From Polyangiaceae bacterium (GTDB lineage: Bacteria > Myxococcota_A > Polyangia > Polyangiales > Polyangiaceae), in NCBI GenBank assembly GCA_044222475.1, contig JBGANF010000007.1, forward strand, positions 32,001 to 96,000: a stretch of 64,000 bases of DNA, given 5' to 3'. Below, one piece after another: positions 43,911 to 52,940 of this stretch. The notes below the pieces were generated by a model. That model was not told the DNA's origin. It was given only the letters and a program-made list of their open reading frames with translations, and ran no database searches. The position numbers and the translations under genes were made by a program. Position 1 is the stretch's first letter; each line of letters begins with the position of its first letter.

Positions 43911-45248
43911 CGTCCGCGACGGCGGCGCCGGAGGAGGACCGCTGCGACCGCGAAGGTGAGCCCGATCGAGCCCGGTGCGCTCTTCGACGGACCCGCCTCG
44001 TTGCAGCTGCAGCCTCCGCCGGCGAGGGTGCCGGGATCGTCGGGCATCGTCGCGTCGACGGCAGCGTCCGCGGTGGCGTCGGTCGTCGCGTCGGCGGTGG
44101 CATCGGCCGAGGCGTCCACTGCAGCGTCGGCCGAGGCGTCCACCGCAGCGTCCACTGTTGCGTCCACCGAGGCGTCCGCCGATGCGTCGGCGGAAGAAGC
44201 ATCGGACGATGCGTCGACCGACGCGTCCACGCCCGTGTCGGCCGTCGCGTCGAGATCCGCGTCCACGCTCCCGTCGAGATCGGCCCCGCCCGCCGAGATC
44301 CGCGTCGAACGACTCCGTCGAGATCCGCGTCGAACGACCCGTCGAGATCCGCGTCGAACGACCCGTCGAGATCCGCGTCGAACGACCCGTCGAGATCCGC
44401 GTCGAACGACCCGTCGAGATCCGCGTCGAACGACCCGTCGAGATCCGCGTCGAACGACCCGTCGAGGTCCGCGTCGACGGCTGCGTCGACGACGATGATG
44501 ATCCCGCCGTCGTCGGAGTCGACGGCGGCGTCGATCGCGGAGTCGTCTGCGGCGTCGCTCCCCGCGTCGACGGCGCACACGTTGAGCGACGAGGCCGTGT
44601 TGCGCGGCACCGGCACCGGCGTCGTGAAGTCCGCCGCGTTGTCTCCGGAGCGTCACCCAGCCGCCCCGTTCCGGCAGCGCTGCTTTCGTCGACGACAGCG
44701 CAGCCCGTGGCGGCAGCCCCTTCGAACTGGCTCGCCGTTCCGTATCCGACGAGATCCACCCAGCCGCCGACGGTGCACGGCGTCAAGGTCGAGCCGCACG
44801 CGTTCAGCTTGCTCGACGTCAGGACGAGGGCAACCTTGCCGTTCGACGCGCTCATGTCGGTGGTCCCCGAAGCGTCCTCCGTGGGCAACGCCACGCCATT
44901 GACGCCACCGGCCAACTTGATGAGGAAGTACTGGCCAGGCTGGAGGCTGAAGCTCGGAAGATCGACGGCGAGACCGGCGTTGTTGTTGACGAAGTTGCTC
45001 GCCGTCGCCGCGTACTGAATGGAGTACCCGGACAGCTGCACCGCGCTCGAGCCGCGGTTGAAGATCTCCACGAAGTCGTTTTGATACGTCGCCCCCGAAT
45101 TTCCGCCGCCGCCGTACACCTGGCTGATCACGAGATCGGGCGAGACGACGGCGGCCTGCCGAGTGGAATGCGTCTCTTCCGCTCCCGAGCACGCGGAGAA
45201 GAGCGCCGTGGTCACCAGGCCGAGGGCTGCGGCGTAGTGGAGCTTCAT
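43904..45248 (-). pseudogene. Lamin-tail-domain MYXO-CTERM surface protein, frameshifted (pseudogene or sequence error)
   Basis: ISQVYGGGGN...NDFVEIFN lamin-tail domain, acidic DA-rich stalk and a GGGCSC...TM...RRRRR tail lie in three different frames. Confidence 0.8.
44249..44478. repeat. 24-bp coding tandem repeat (8 aa, DADLDGSF)
   Basis: Six perfect copies of GTCGAGATCCGCGTCGAACGACCC at 44317-44460, plus degenerate flanking copies. Confidence 0.95.
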
Positions 45249-45329
45249 GGGGGGTGGCACTCTACAACTACTTATCGAAGCGCGGGTGGCCGACTCCATT
45301 CTGCCCCGAAATGTGCTTAGCTTCGGGGC

Positions 45330-45734
45330 ATGCAGTCGCAGATCCCCCGCTTCGCCGCCCTTTTCACGGGCGCCATGGCGCTCACCCTCGGTTTCGCGGC
45401 GTGCAGCAGCGACGACACATCGGGGACGCCCGACTCCGGGCCCGGGAACGACGCCGCGGTGGAGGCGTCCCCGTGCGGGCCCCTCACGCTGATCTGCAAG
45501 CCGGGCGAGCCGGGCAAGGCCTGCTCCCAGATCCCGACGACGGCCAAATGCAACGGCACGACGTGGGCGTGCGCGGCCGGCAGCATCAGCGCGAGCCTTT
45601 GCGGCTGCGCTGCCGATACCAACCGGCCGGTGGGCTCCGATTGCAGCAACGATGCCGGGACGGGAGACGCCTCGGCCGACGCGCCAGCCGAGAGCGGCAG
45701 CGACGCGAGCTCGGACGGAGGTTCGAACGGCTGA
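45330..45734 (+). CDS. Small Cys-rich lipoprotein
   Basis: Lipobox GFAAC; Cys cluster; DAG/DAS linkers. Confidence 0.72.
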   Translation: MQSQIPRFAALFTGAMALTLGFAACSSDDTSGTPDSGPGNDAAVEASPCGPLTLICKPGEPGKACSQIPTTAKCNGTTWACAAGSISASLCGCAADTNRPVGSDCSNDAGTGDASADAPAESGSDASSDGGSNG

Positions 45735-45735
45735 G

Positions 45736-46080
45736 ATGGTTCCGTCGCGGTGGTCTCGCTTCGGGCTGCTGGTCGTTCTCGCGGCCGCGCTCGGGTTCCT
45801 CTTTGCGGTGGCGGTCTCCGCGCAGCGCACGGCGCGGATGCATGCCGCGCTGGGGCTCGGCGTCGAGGCCGAGAGGCCCGGCTCGTTGGCCTGGCACGAC
45901 GTCGCGAACGACGTCGCGGACGACGACGGCGACGACGGCGACGATGAGCTGACTCCACCGGGCCATCCACCCGACCCGGCGGTCGTCCCTTTCGGGGATG
46001 GTGACTCCCGTGAGCCGCTTCGCGTCGCCGAGCGGGAGCCCGAGTCGCCGTTCCTCGCGCTCGAAGAAGACCCTCCCTAG
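45736..46080 (+). CDS. Small signal-anchored acidic protein upstream of czcC (candidate regulatory uORF)
   Basis: N-terminal TM/signal, Asp-rich middle, ends LEEDPP-stop. Confidence 0.62.
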   Translation: MVPSRWSRFGLLVVLAAALGFLFAVAVSAQRTARMHAALGLGVEAERPGSLAWHDVANDVADDDGDDGDDELTPPGHPPDPAVVPFGDGDSREPLRVAEREPESPFLALEEDPP

Positions 46081-46163
46081 ACGGATGCGGCTCGAGGCTG
46101 CGCCGCGCCTTTCGTGACGCGACGTAGGCGTTGGACCTAGCATCTATCCGTTGGAGGTTTCTG

Positions 46164-47396
46164 GTGAAGTCGCATGTAGTTCGTGCCTCTGCCGCAGCGC
46201 TCGTGGCGCTCGCCATCGTCGCTTCGACGACGCCTGCGCGCGCCGAGTGGCCGCCCGTGGGGCGTGTGCTCGAGCTCGCCAAGGAGCGGTCGCTCGCCGG
46301 CAAGGACGCCAACGCCCAGGTCGCCGTCGCCCAATCGTTCCAGACCTGGGCGCGGCTGCCCTGGCTGACGAACCCGTACGTCGAGTTCCAGGCGAACAAG
46401 GGGCCCTCGACGAAGGACATCGCGTTCTACAGCTTCATGATGATCCCCATCGAGATCAACGGACAGCGCGGCGCCCGAATCGACGAGGCCGACGCGATGC
46501 TGCGCTGGCGTGCGACCGCCCGCGACGACGTGAAGTGGCGCACCGCGGGCGACGCCGTCGCCTTCTGGGGGCTCACCACCGCTGCCGCTGCCCGCGCCGA
46601 GCAGTACGCCAAGGCCGAGGCCGACGCCAAAGCCGAGACCGACTACTACGCCGCGCGACTCGCCGCGAGCGACTCGACGGTGCTCGAGAAGAGCCTCGCC
46701 GACGCGGAGCTCGCGCGCTACGCGCAGCTCAAGGCCGAAGCGACGATCGAGCTCCTGGCGACGAAGAGCCAGCTCGAGACGGTCATCGGCGTCGCGGTCG
46801 ACGCACCGCCGCCGTCCAGCGTCGAGCCGCCTCCGCTCAAGACGCCCAACGCGGATGCCTTCGCGAAGCGGGTCGTCGATGGCTCGCCGGCGCTCAAGGC
46901 GTTGACTCACGAAGCCACGTATTGGGACGCCCAGAGCACGCGCGTCGCGCGCGACGCCAACGTCCCGCTCAACTTCATCGTGAACTTCGCCAGGAACGAT
47001 CTTGGCGAGTTCCAATTCGGCGGCGGGCTCTCGTGGAACTTCCCCCTCACGATCCGCAACCAGGGCGCCGTCGCGCAGGCGCACGCCCAACGCGACCGAG
47101 CGGACACGCTCCATGCGACGTTCGAGCCGCTCCTCGCGACGCGAGCGAAGAGCCTCTTCGACCAGTACCAGATCGCGCGCGCCGCGCTCGACGCGGTCGA
47201 CGCGAACGCGATCCCCGCGGCCGATCGGGTCGTCGACTACACCCAGCAAGGGTACAAGGCCGGAAAGACGGAGTACCTCCACGTCCTGCAGGCGCGCCGC
47301 GACCGCGCGTTCACGTACGCCCGCCGGCTCGATCTCCTCGGGACGCTGTGGCGCAAATACGGAGAGATGGTGGGTCTCTTGGGAGAGCTGCCATGA
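46164..47396 (+). CDS. TolC/CzcC-family outer membrane efflux protein
   Basis: GGAGG-6nt-GTG; signal peptide; NP, PIEI.G.R.AR, PL..RNQG and Y.AG...L.VL.A motifs. Confidence 0.88.
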   Translation: MKSHVVRASAAALVALAIVASTTPARAEWPPVGRVLELAKERSLAGKDANAQVAVAQSFQTWARLPWLTNPYVEFQANKGPSTKDIAFYSFMMIPIEINGQRGARIDEADAMLRWRATARDDVKWRTAGDAVAFWGLTTAAAARAEQYAKAEADAKAETDYYAARLAASDSTVLEKSLADAELARYAQLKAEATIELLATKSQLETVIGVAVDAPPPSSVEPPPLKTPNADAFAKRVVDGSPALKALTHEATYWDAQSTRVARDANVPLNFIVNFARNDLGEFQFGGGLSWNFPLTIRNQGAVAQAHAQRDRADTLHATFEPLLATRAKSLFDQYQIARAALDAVDANAIPAADRVVDYTQQGYKAGKTEYLHVLQARRDRAFTYARRLDLLGTLWRKYGEMVGLLGELP

Positions 47397-48646
47397 GGAT
47401 TCACCCCAACGTCAGGGGCTGCGCCCCCGACACCCCGGCGAGAATTTCGGGGCCCGCCCCCAACGGCCCCGGTGACCAGAGTCGCTCGTCGGCGCCCCGG
47501 AGGATGCTCGCCGTTCTGTTCTCGATGCTCGCGCTCGGGGCCAGCGCTTCGTGTGCATCCTGCAAGGATGCGTCGGCGACCAAGAGCGAGTCCGACGCAG
47601 GACCTCAAGGTCCGCGCGTGGTCAAGCTCGACCCCGGCGCCGTCACTCGGCTCGGCGTCAAGGTCGACGTCGCGGGCGCGGCGGGGCCGAGCCGCACGCT
47701 CCACGTGAACGGTACCCTCGACTACGACTACGACGACTACGCCGAGGTCGGCGTCCCGCTCGAAGGCCGCGTGACCCGCGTCGACGTCAAGGTGAGCGAT
47801 CACGTGAAGAAGGGCGCCACCTTGGCGACCATCGTCGTTCCCTCCGTCGCCAGCGCGCAGGCCGACTACCTCCAGGCACAAGCCGCCGTCACCGCTGCAC
47901 GGAAGAACCGCGACCGCGAGGAGGATCTCCTCTCACGGCAGCTCACGACCGCGCGCGAGGCCGAGATCGCGCGGAGCGAAGCCGCGAAAGCAGAGGCCGA
48001 CTTCGCCGCGGCCTCCGCGCGGCTGAACGCGCTTCGCGTCGGCATCCCCCAGAGCGACTCGATGGTCGCGGCGGCGGGCACGTTGGCGCTCACCGCGCCA
48101 ATCGAGGGGGTCGTCGTCGCGCGCAAGGCGAACCTCGGCGTGTTCCTCACCCCGAGCGACACCGCGTTCATCATCGCCGACCTGTCCCAGCTCTGGGCAT
48201 CGCTCGAGATCCACGAGTCCGACATCGGCTACCTCAAGATCGGCGCAGACGTCGACCTCGTCGTCGACGCGATGGCGGGAAAGACCTTCAAAGGCAAGCT
48301 CGCGCTCATCGAGCCCGCGCTCTCGAAGGCATCACGCGCCGCCCGCGCGCGCGTCGTCGTGGACAACAAGTCGTTCGAGCTCCGGCCGGGGCTGTTCCTG
48401 CGCGCCAACATCGCGCTCCCCGCCGATGCGCCGGGGCGGCTCTTCGTCCCCGCCGGGGCGGTGCAACCGCTCGCCGAGGTCGACGTCGTCTTCATCGAGC
48501 GCACCCCCGGTACCTTCGAGGTACGCGAGGTGAAGGTCGCGCGCCGGACCCCCGACGTCGTCGAGATCTCCGAGGGTCTCGCCAGCGGCGAGCGCATCGT
48601 CGTCGAGAACGCGTTCCTCCTCCGCGGCGAAGTGACGAATCAATGA
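47393..48646 (+). CDS. CzcB/CusB-family RND periplasmic adaptor
   Basis: G.V..V.V...D.VKKG..L, LTAPI.G.V, ADLS.LW, LRPG.F and GL..GE.IV motifs; ATGA overlap with czcC. Confidence 0.92.
   Translation: MRIHPNVRGCAPDTPARISGPAPNGPGDQSRSSAPRRMLAVLFSMLALGASASCASCKDASATKSESDAGPQGPRVVKLDPGAVTRLGVKVDVAGAAGPSRTLHVNGTLDYDYDDYAEVGVPLEGRVTRVDVKVSDHVKKGATLATIVVPSVASAQADYLQAQAAVTAARKNRDREEDLLSRQLTTAREAEIARSEAAKAEADFAAASARLNALRVGIPQSDSMVAAAGTLALTAPIEGVVVARKANLGVFLTPSDTAFIIADLSQLWASLEIHESDIGYLKIGADVDLVVDAMAGKTFKGKLALIEPALSKASRAARARVVVDNKSFELRPGLFLRANIALPADAPGRLFVPAGAVQPLAEVDVVFIERTPGTFEVREVKVARRTPDVVEISEGLASGERIVVENAFLLRGEVTNQ
47395..47505 (+). mobile_element. 105-bp in-frame REP/MITE-like insert flanked by a GAGGAT duplication
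   Basis: GAGGAT at 47395-47400 and 47500-47505; internal GGGGCTGCGCCCCC and GGGGCCC...GGCCCC palindromes. Confidence 0.5.
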
Positions 48647-48705
48647 ACTCGCGTTCGTTGATCCTCGCGTGCGCGGAGCGTGCGTCAGCGGAGCGACGAG
48701 CATGA
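48643..48705 (+). other. 20-codon intercistronic mini-ORF bounded by ATGA at both ends (MIRU-like)
   Basis: MNSRSLILACAERASAERRA*; its start overlaps the czcB stop and its stop overlaps the czcA start. Confidence 0.55.
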
Positions 48706-51700
48706 GCGGCGTGGTTCGCTGGGCGGCCGACAACGCGCTCGTCGTCGTCCTGATGGCGCTGACGATCGTGCTCGGCGGCGCCTTCGCGGCGTCGCGGCTC
48801 CCGATCGACGCCGTCCCTGACGTGACCAACGTCCAGGTGCAGGTGGTGACCCGCGTCCCTGCCCTCTCGGCCGGCGAGGTCGAAACCCAGATTACCCAGC
48901 CCATCGAGCGCACGATGGCCGGCGTCCCGAACCTCCGCGAGATCCGCAGCATCACGAAGATGGGGATCTCGATCGTGACGCTCGTCTTCACCGACGACGT
49001 CAACGTGTACTTTGCACGCACCTTGGTCAACGAGCGCCTCACCTCGGTGCGCGACCAGATCCCGCCCGAGATCGGCAAGCCGGAGCTCGGCCCGATCTCG
49101 ACCGGCCTGGGTGAGATCTACATGTTCGAGCTGCGGCCGGTGGTCGAGGAGACGCGCTCGAACGAGGAGCTCCGCACGATCATCGAGTGGCAGATCGCCC
49201 CCAAGCTCCGCCAGGTGCCGGGCGTGATCGACGTCGTGGGCTTCGGCGGCTCGCTCAAGCAGTACCGAGTCATCCTCGATCCCGAGCGGCTCCGCGCGAG
49301 CGCCGTCTCGGTCGAAGAGGTGAAGACGGCGCTCCAGAAGGACAACGCCGTCACCGGCGGAGGCTACATCGAGCGCAACGGCGAGGCGGTCGTCCTCCGC
49401 GGCGATGCACGCTTCCGAAGCCTCGAGGACATCGGCGCGACCGTCATCCGCATCGACGACCGCGGCGCTCCGATCACCGTGGCCCAGCTCGGCGAGGTCG
49501 ACACTGGAGCGGCCCTCCGCCAGGGCGCGATGACCCGCGATGGCCGCGGCGAGATCGTCGGCGCGAGCGTGTGGATGCTCAAGGACTCGAACAGCCGCAA
49601 GGTCGTCGCCGACGTGAAGACCGCGCTCGACGAGCTCAAGCCCAAGCTCCCGGCGAACTTGGTCGTCGAGCCCTACTACGACCGCGCCGAGTTCATCGAC
49701 CGGGTCGTGGGCACCGTGCTCCACAACCTCGTCGAGGGAGCGGTCCTCGTCGTCGTCTGCCTTCTCCTCACGCTCGGAAGCATCCGTGCGGGCTTCATCG
49801 TCGCGGGCGCCATTCCGTTCGCGATGCTCGTGGCGATGATCGGCCTCAACGCCCTCGGCATCAGCGGCAACGTCATGTCGCTCGGCTCGGTCGACTTCGG
49901 CATCGTCGTGGAGGGTGCGGTCGTCGTCATCGAGCACGCGTTGACCCACATGGGTCCGCCCGGAAGCCGGCGAAGACGCAAGGAAGCGCTGGTCAGCGCG
50001 ATGTCGGGCGTCGCGCGGCCGGTCGTGTTCAGCGTCGTCATCGTGACCCTGGTCTTCTTGCCGCTCGTCACCCTCGAGGACGTCGAGGGCAAGATGTTCC
50101 GCCCGGTGGTCTTCTCGCTCGTGTTCATGCTCATCGGGGCGCTTTTCTACGCGCTCGTGATCATCCCGGCGATCATGCCGCTGGTCTTCCTGAAGACGTC
50201 GCAGCCGAAGACGCCGCTGCTCGTGCGATGGATGGAGCGCGTCTACCGACCGACGCTCGACTTCGTGCTCAAGCGACCACGCTCGTCCGTCCTGGCGAGC
50301 TACGCCGCGGCTGCCATCCTCCTCGCGATCGGGAGCACCATCGGCGCCGAGTTCCTCCCCCGCATCTTCGAGGGCGCGTTCGCTCTCGACGCGCGGCGAC
50401 CGCCCAGCGTCGGCCTCGAAGAGGCGATCAACCTCGGGGACGAGACCGAAGAGACCCTCAAGGAGTTTCCCGAGGTGAAGACGGTCGTCAACCGCATCGG
50501 CCGCCCCGAGGGCGCGGTCGACCCGCAGGGGATGGAAGGAAGCGACGTCTTCGTCATTCTCAAGCCGAAGAGCGAGTGGCGCCGCGGCATGACGGTCGAG
50601 CGCCTGACCGAGGAGATGGACCAAGCGCTCGACGCCCGCGTCCCTGCGACGATCCACTCGTTCTCTCAGCCGATCGAGATGCGCGTCAACGATCTCATCG
50701 CCGGCGTGAAGAGCGATCTCGCGATCAAGGTGTTCGGCTACGACCTCGCCGAGATGACGATCGTCGCCAAGCAGATCAAGGACATCGTCTCTGCGGTGCC
50801 CGGCGCTCAGGACGTGAAGATGGAGATCGCCACCGGCCTCCCCTCGATCCGGGTCGCCGTTCGCCGGGACCGTGCAGGGCGCCTCGCGGTGTCTCCACGG
50901 AGCATCCTCGACCTCGTCGAGATGTCTCGTGCGGGACAAGTCGTGGGCGAGGTGCGGGAGAACGAGCGGATCTTCGATCTCGTCATGAAGCTCGGCAACG
51001 CCCAGATGGCCGAGGAGCCCGACCTCTCGCGCCTCCCGGTGATGACGTACCAAGGCAACCTCGTTCCGCTCTCCGCCGTCGCCGACGTGAACGAAGAGAA
51101 CACGGTCGTACAGATCAGCCGCGAGCGAATGAAGCGCCGCCTGGTCGTCGAGTCGAACATCCGCGGGCGCGATCTCGTGGGGTTCGTCACCGACGCTCAA
51201 CAGCGGGTCGACGCTCAGGTCAAGCCGCCGCCCGGCATCGAGCTCGTGTGGGGCGGTCAGTTCCAGAACTTCAACCGCGCGAAGACCAGGCTCACGCTGC
51301 TCGTGCCGGTCGCGCTCGCGATCATCGCGGTCCTCCTCGTGATGACGTTCCGCTCGATGAAGTACATGGCGGTGACGATGCTGAACCTGCCGTTCGCGGT
51401 CGCCGGCGGCGCGTTCGCGCTGTGGCTTCGTGGCCTGCCCTTCAGCATCCCCGCCGGCGTCGGCTTCATCGCGCTCTCGGGCGTGTCCGTCATGACCGGC
51501 GTCGTCATGACGACGAACCTCATGGCGATCCCGAAGACGGTCAACGCCGTCGAGCGCGTACGCCGTGCGGCGATGCAGTCGCTTCGGCCGGTCGCGTCGA
51601 CGGCGATCGTCGCCGCGATCGGCTTCGTGCCGATGGCGATCGCGACGGGCCCGGGCGCCGAGGTCCAACGCCCCCTCGCGACCGTGGTCATCTTCGGTCT

Positions 51701-51848
51701 CATCGCGGCGGCGCTGTTCTCGCTGCCGGCCCTCCCCGCCCTCCTCTGGTTCGTCGCGCGCACCGAGGTCGAGGAGATGGGGGTGGACTCGATCACGGGG
51801 GAGCGCCTTCGCCCGAGCGACGCGCCGCCGCCCATCTCGCACCGCTGA
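48702..51848 (+). CDS. CzcA/CusA-family heavy-metal efflux RND permease
   Basis: LPIDAVPDVTNVQVQV, GPISTGLGEIY, N.MSLG..DFG, EGKMFRP, FSQPIEMR and GAEVQRPLATVV motifs. Confidence 0.95.
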   Translation: MSGVVRWAADNALVVVLMALTIVLGGAFAASRLPIDAVPDVTNVQVQVVTRVPALSAGEVETQITQPIERTMAGVPNLREIRSITKMGISIVTLVFTDDVNVYFARTLVNERLTSVRDQIPPEIGKPELGPISTGLGEIYMFELRPVVEETRSNEELRTIIEWQIAPKLRQVPGVIDVVGFGGSLKQYRVILDPERLRASAVSVEEVKTALQKDNAVTGGGYIERNGEAVVLRGDARFRSLEDIGATVIRIDDRGAPITVAQLGEVDTGAALRQGAMTRDGRGEIVGASVWMLKDSNSRKVVADVKTALDELKPKLPANLVVEPYYDRAEFIDRVVGTVLHNLVEGAVLVVVCLLLTLGSIRAGFIVAGAIPFAMLVAMIGLNALGISGNVMSLGSVDFGIVVEGAVVVIEHALTHMGPPGSRRRRKEALVSAMSGVARPVVFSVVIVTLVFLPLVTLEDVEGKMFRPVVFSLVFMLIGALFYALVIIPAIMPLVFLKTSQPKTPLLVRWMERVYRPTLDFVLKRPRSSVLASYAAAAILLAIGSTIGAEFLPRIFEGAFALDARRPPSVGLEEAINLGDETEETLKEFPEVKTVVNRIGRPEGAVDPQGMEGSDVFVILKPKSEWRRGMTVERLTEEMDQALDARVPATIHSFSQPIEMRVNDLIAGVKSDLAIKVFGYDLAEMTIVAKQIKDIVSAVPGAQDVKMEIATGLPSIRVAVRRDRAGRLAVSPRSILDLVEMSRAGQVVGEVRENERIFDLVMKLGNAQMAEEPDLSRLPVMTYQGNLVPLSAVADVNEENTVVQISRERMKRRLVVESNIRGRDLVGFVTDAQQRVDAQVKPPPGIELVWGGQFQNFNRAKTRLTLLVPVALAIIAVLLVMTFRSMKYMAVTMLNLPFAVAGGAFALWLRGLPFSIPAGVGFIALSGVSVMTGVVMTTNLMAIPKTVNAVERVRRAAMQSLRPVASTAIVAAIGFVPMAIATGPGAEVQRPLATVVIFGLIAAALFSLPALPALLWFVARTEVEEMGVDSITGERLRPSDAPPPISHR

Positions 51849-51983
51849 CGCTCACCGACGAAAAATTGGGCCTCCGCGATGAGCCGGGCTCTCTCTGTTG
51901 GGGAAGGCAAAACCCACCGCGAAGACTGGGCCGAGGCTAACACCCGGTCTCCACGCCGTTCCTTACGAGTCCGTCAGACATCC

Positions 51984-52940
51984 TCAGGGTGAGACCCGAG
52001 CGAGTCGCGGCTTCTCCGCATCGTCCGGGAAGATGGTCCGCACCAGGCGGAAGCCGCTCGGGCTCCACGGCGGGAGGCCCGAGCGCGCCGCGGAGCGCAA
52101 GCCCGCCGCAGTCGTAGCGATGCTCCCGCCTCGCGTGACCGCGAGGTCCGTCGCGGCCGTCGGCAGCGCCCACGGGTCGATGCGCGGCATGCGACGATAC
52201 CAGGTGCCGTCGAGGCCTTCGCCGACCCACTCCGCCGCGTTGCCGGACGTGTCGTAAAGGCCCCACGCGTTGGGAGCTTTCTGCCCTGGTGGATGCAGCC
52301 GTCCGTCGGCGTTGGCGCAGTACCATCCGACGCGATCCGCGATCAGATCGGGGTGACAGTCGGAGTCACTCTGCCGACTGACGTCGCCGGCATGGAGTGC
52401 TCCGTGCGTGCCGGCGCGCGCCGCGTGCTCCCACTCGACCTCGGTCGGGAGGCGTGCTCCTCGACAGTCGTAGAGGTTCGCGAACCGGGAGCGCACCGCG
52501 CAGCGCGTCGCGGTGCAGTCGGCGATGTCGTAGCAAGCGTCCCAACCGTTGGCGCGCGAGACGCTGTTCGCGAAGCGTAGCGCTTCCCAATACGTGAGGC
52601 TGACGTCGGCGCACTCGTCGCAGTCGACGCCGACGATTCTCCGCACGGGAAACCCTTGCCCGGCGACGTCGGCGTGGACGACCTCGAACTGCATCATCCA
52701 GAAGTCGTGGGTGAGCACGACCGGTGTCGCCGGCTCGATCCCTACCGCCCGCCCATGCTCGTCCTCGGGCGATCCGACGATGTCGCTCCCGGCGGGGATC
52801 CTGCACCACCCGTCTTCGCAGCGTGCGGGCGCGACGAGCACCGGTCGTGCGGGGGGTGAGCACTGCGACGCGCCGTGCCACCCCGCGACGACGCCGAGCC
52901 CCGCGAGCACGAACACGCGGGCTCTAGTGAACGATCCCAT
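51984..52940 (-). CDS. SUMF1/FGE-sulfatase-domain (CLec-fold) exported protein lacking the catalytic Cys pair
   Basis: RLPTEVEWEHAARAG, PNAWGLYD.SGN.AEW and RGGS....RSAAR...GFRLVR motifs. Confidence 0.87.
   Translation of the reverse strand: MGSFTRARVFVLAGLGVVAGWHGASQCSPPARPVLVAPARCEDGWCRIPAGSDIVGSPEDEHGRAVGIEPATPVVLTHDFWMMQFEVVHADVAGQGFPVRRIVGVDCDECADVSLTYWEALRFANSVSRANGWDACYDIADCTATRCAVRSRFANLYDCRGARLPTEVEWEHAARAGTHGALHAGDVSRQSDSDCHPDLIADRVGWYCANADGRLHPPGQKAPNAWGLYDTSGNAAEWVGEGLDGTWYRRMPRIDPWALPTAATDLAVTRGGSIATTAAGLRSAARSGLPPWSPSGFRLVRTIFPDDAEKPRLARVSP

Noticed and set aside
44249..44478. Regular repeats as a possible CRISPR array
   Set aside because: Head-to-tail 24-bp units with no spacers, coding in frame, and no cas genes.
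51900..51955. GGCAAAACCCACCGCGAAGACTGGG resembling the start of a c-di-GMP-I riboswitch
   Set aside because: Lacks the following GACGCAAAGC and second stem, and points toward a convergent gene end. An Infernal search with the c-di-GMP-I model would settle it.
51984..52940. FGE-domain gene as a diversity-generating retroelement target, or as maturase for the sulfatase-like gene
   Set aside because: No reverse transcriptase or template repeat seen; the FGE catalytic cysteines are absent and the sulfatase-like protein lacks CxPxR.
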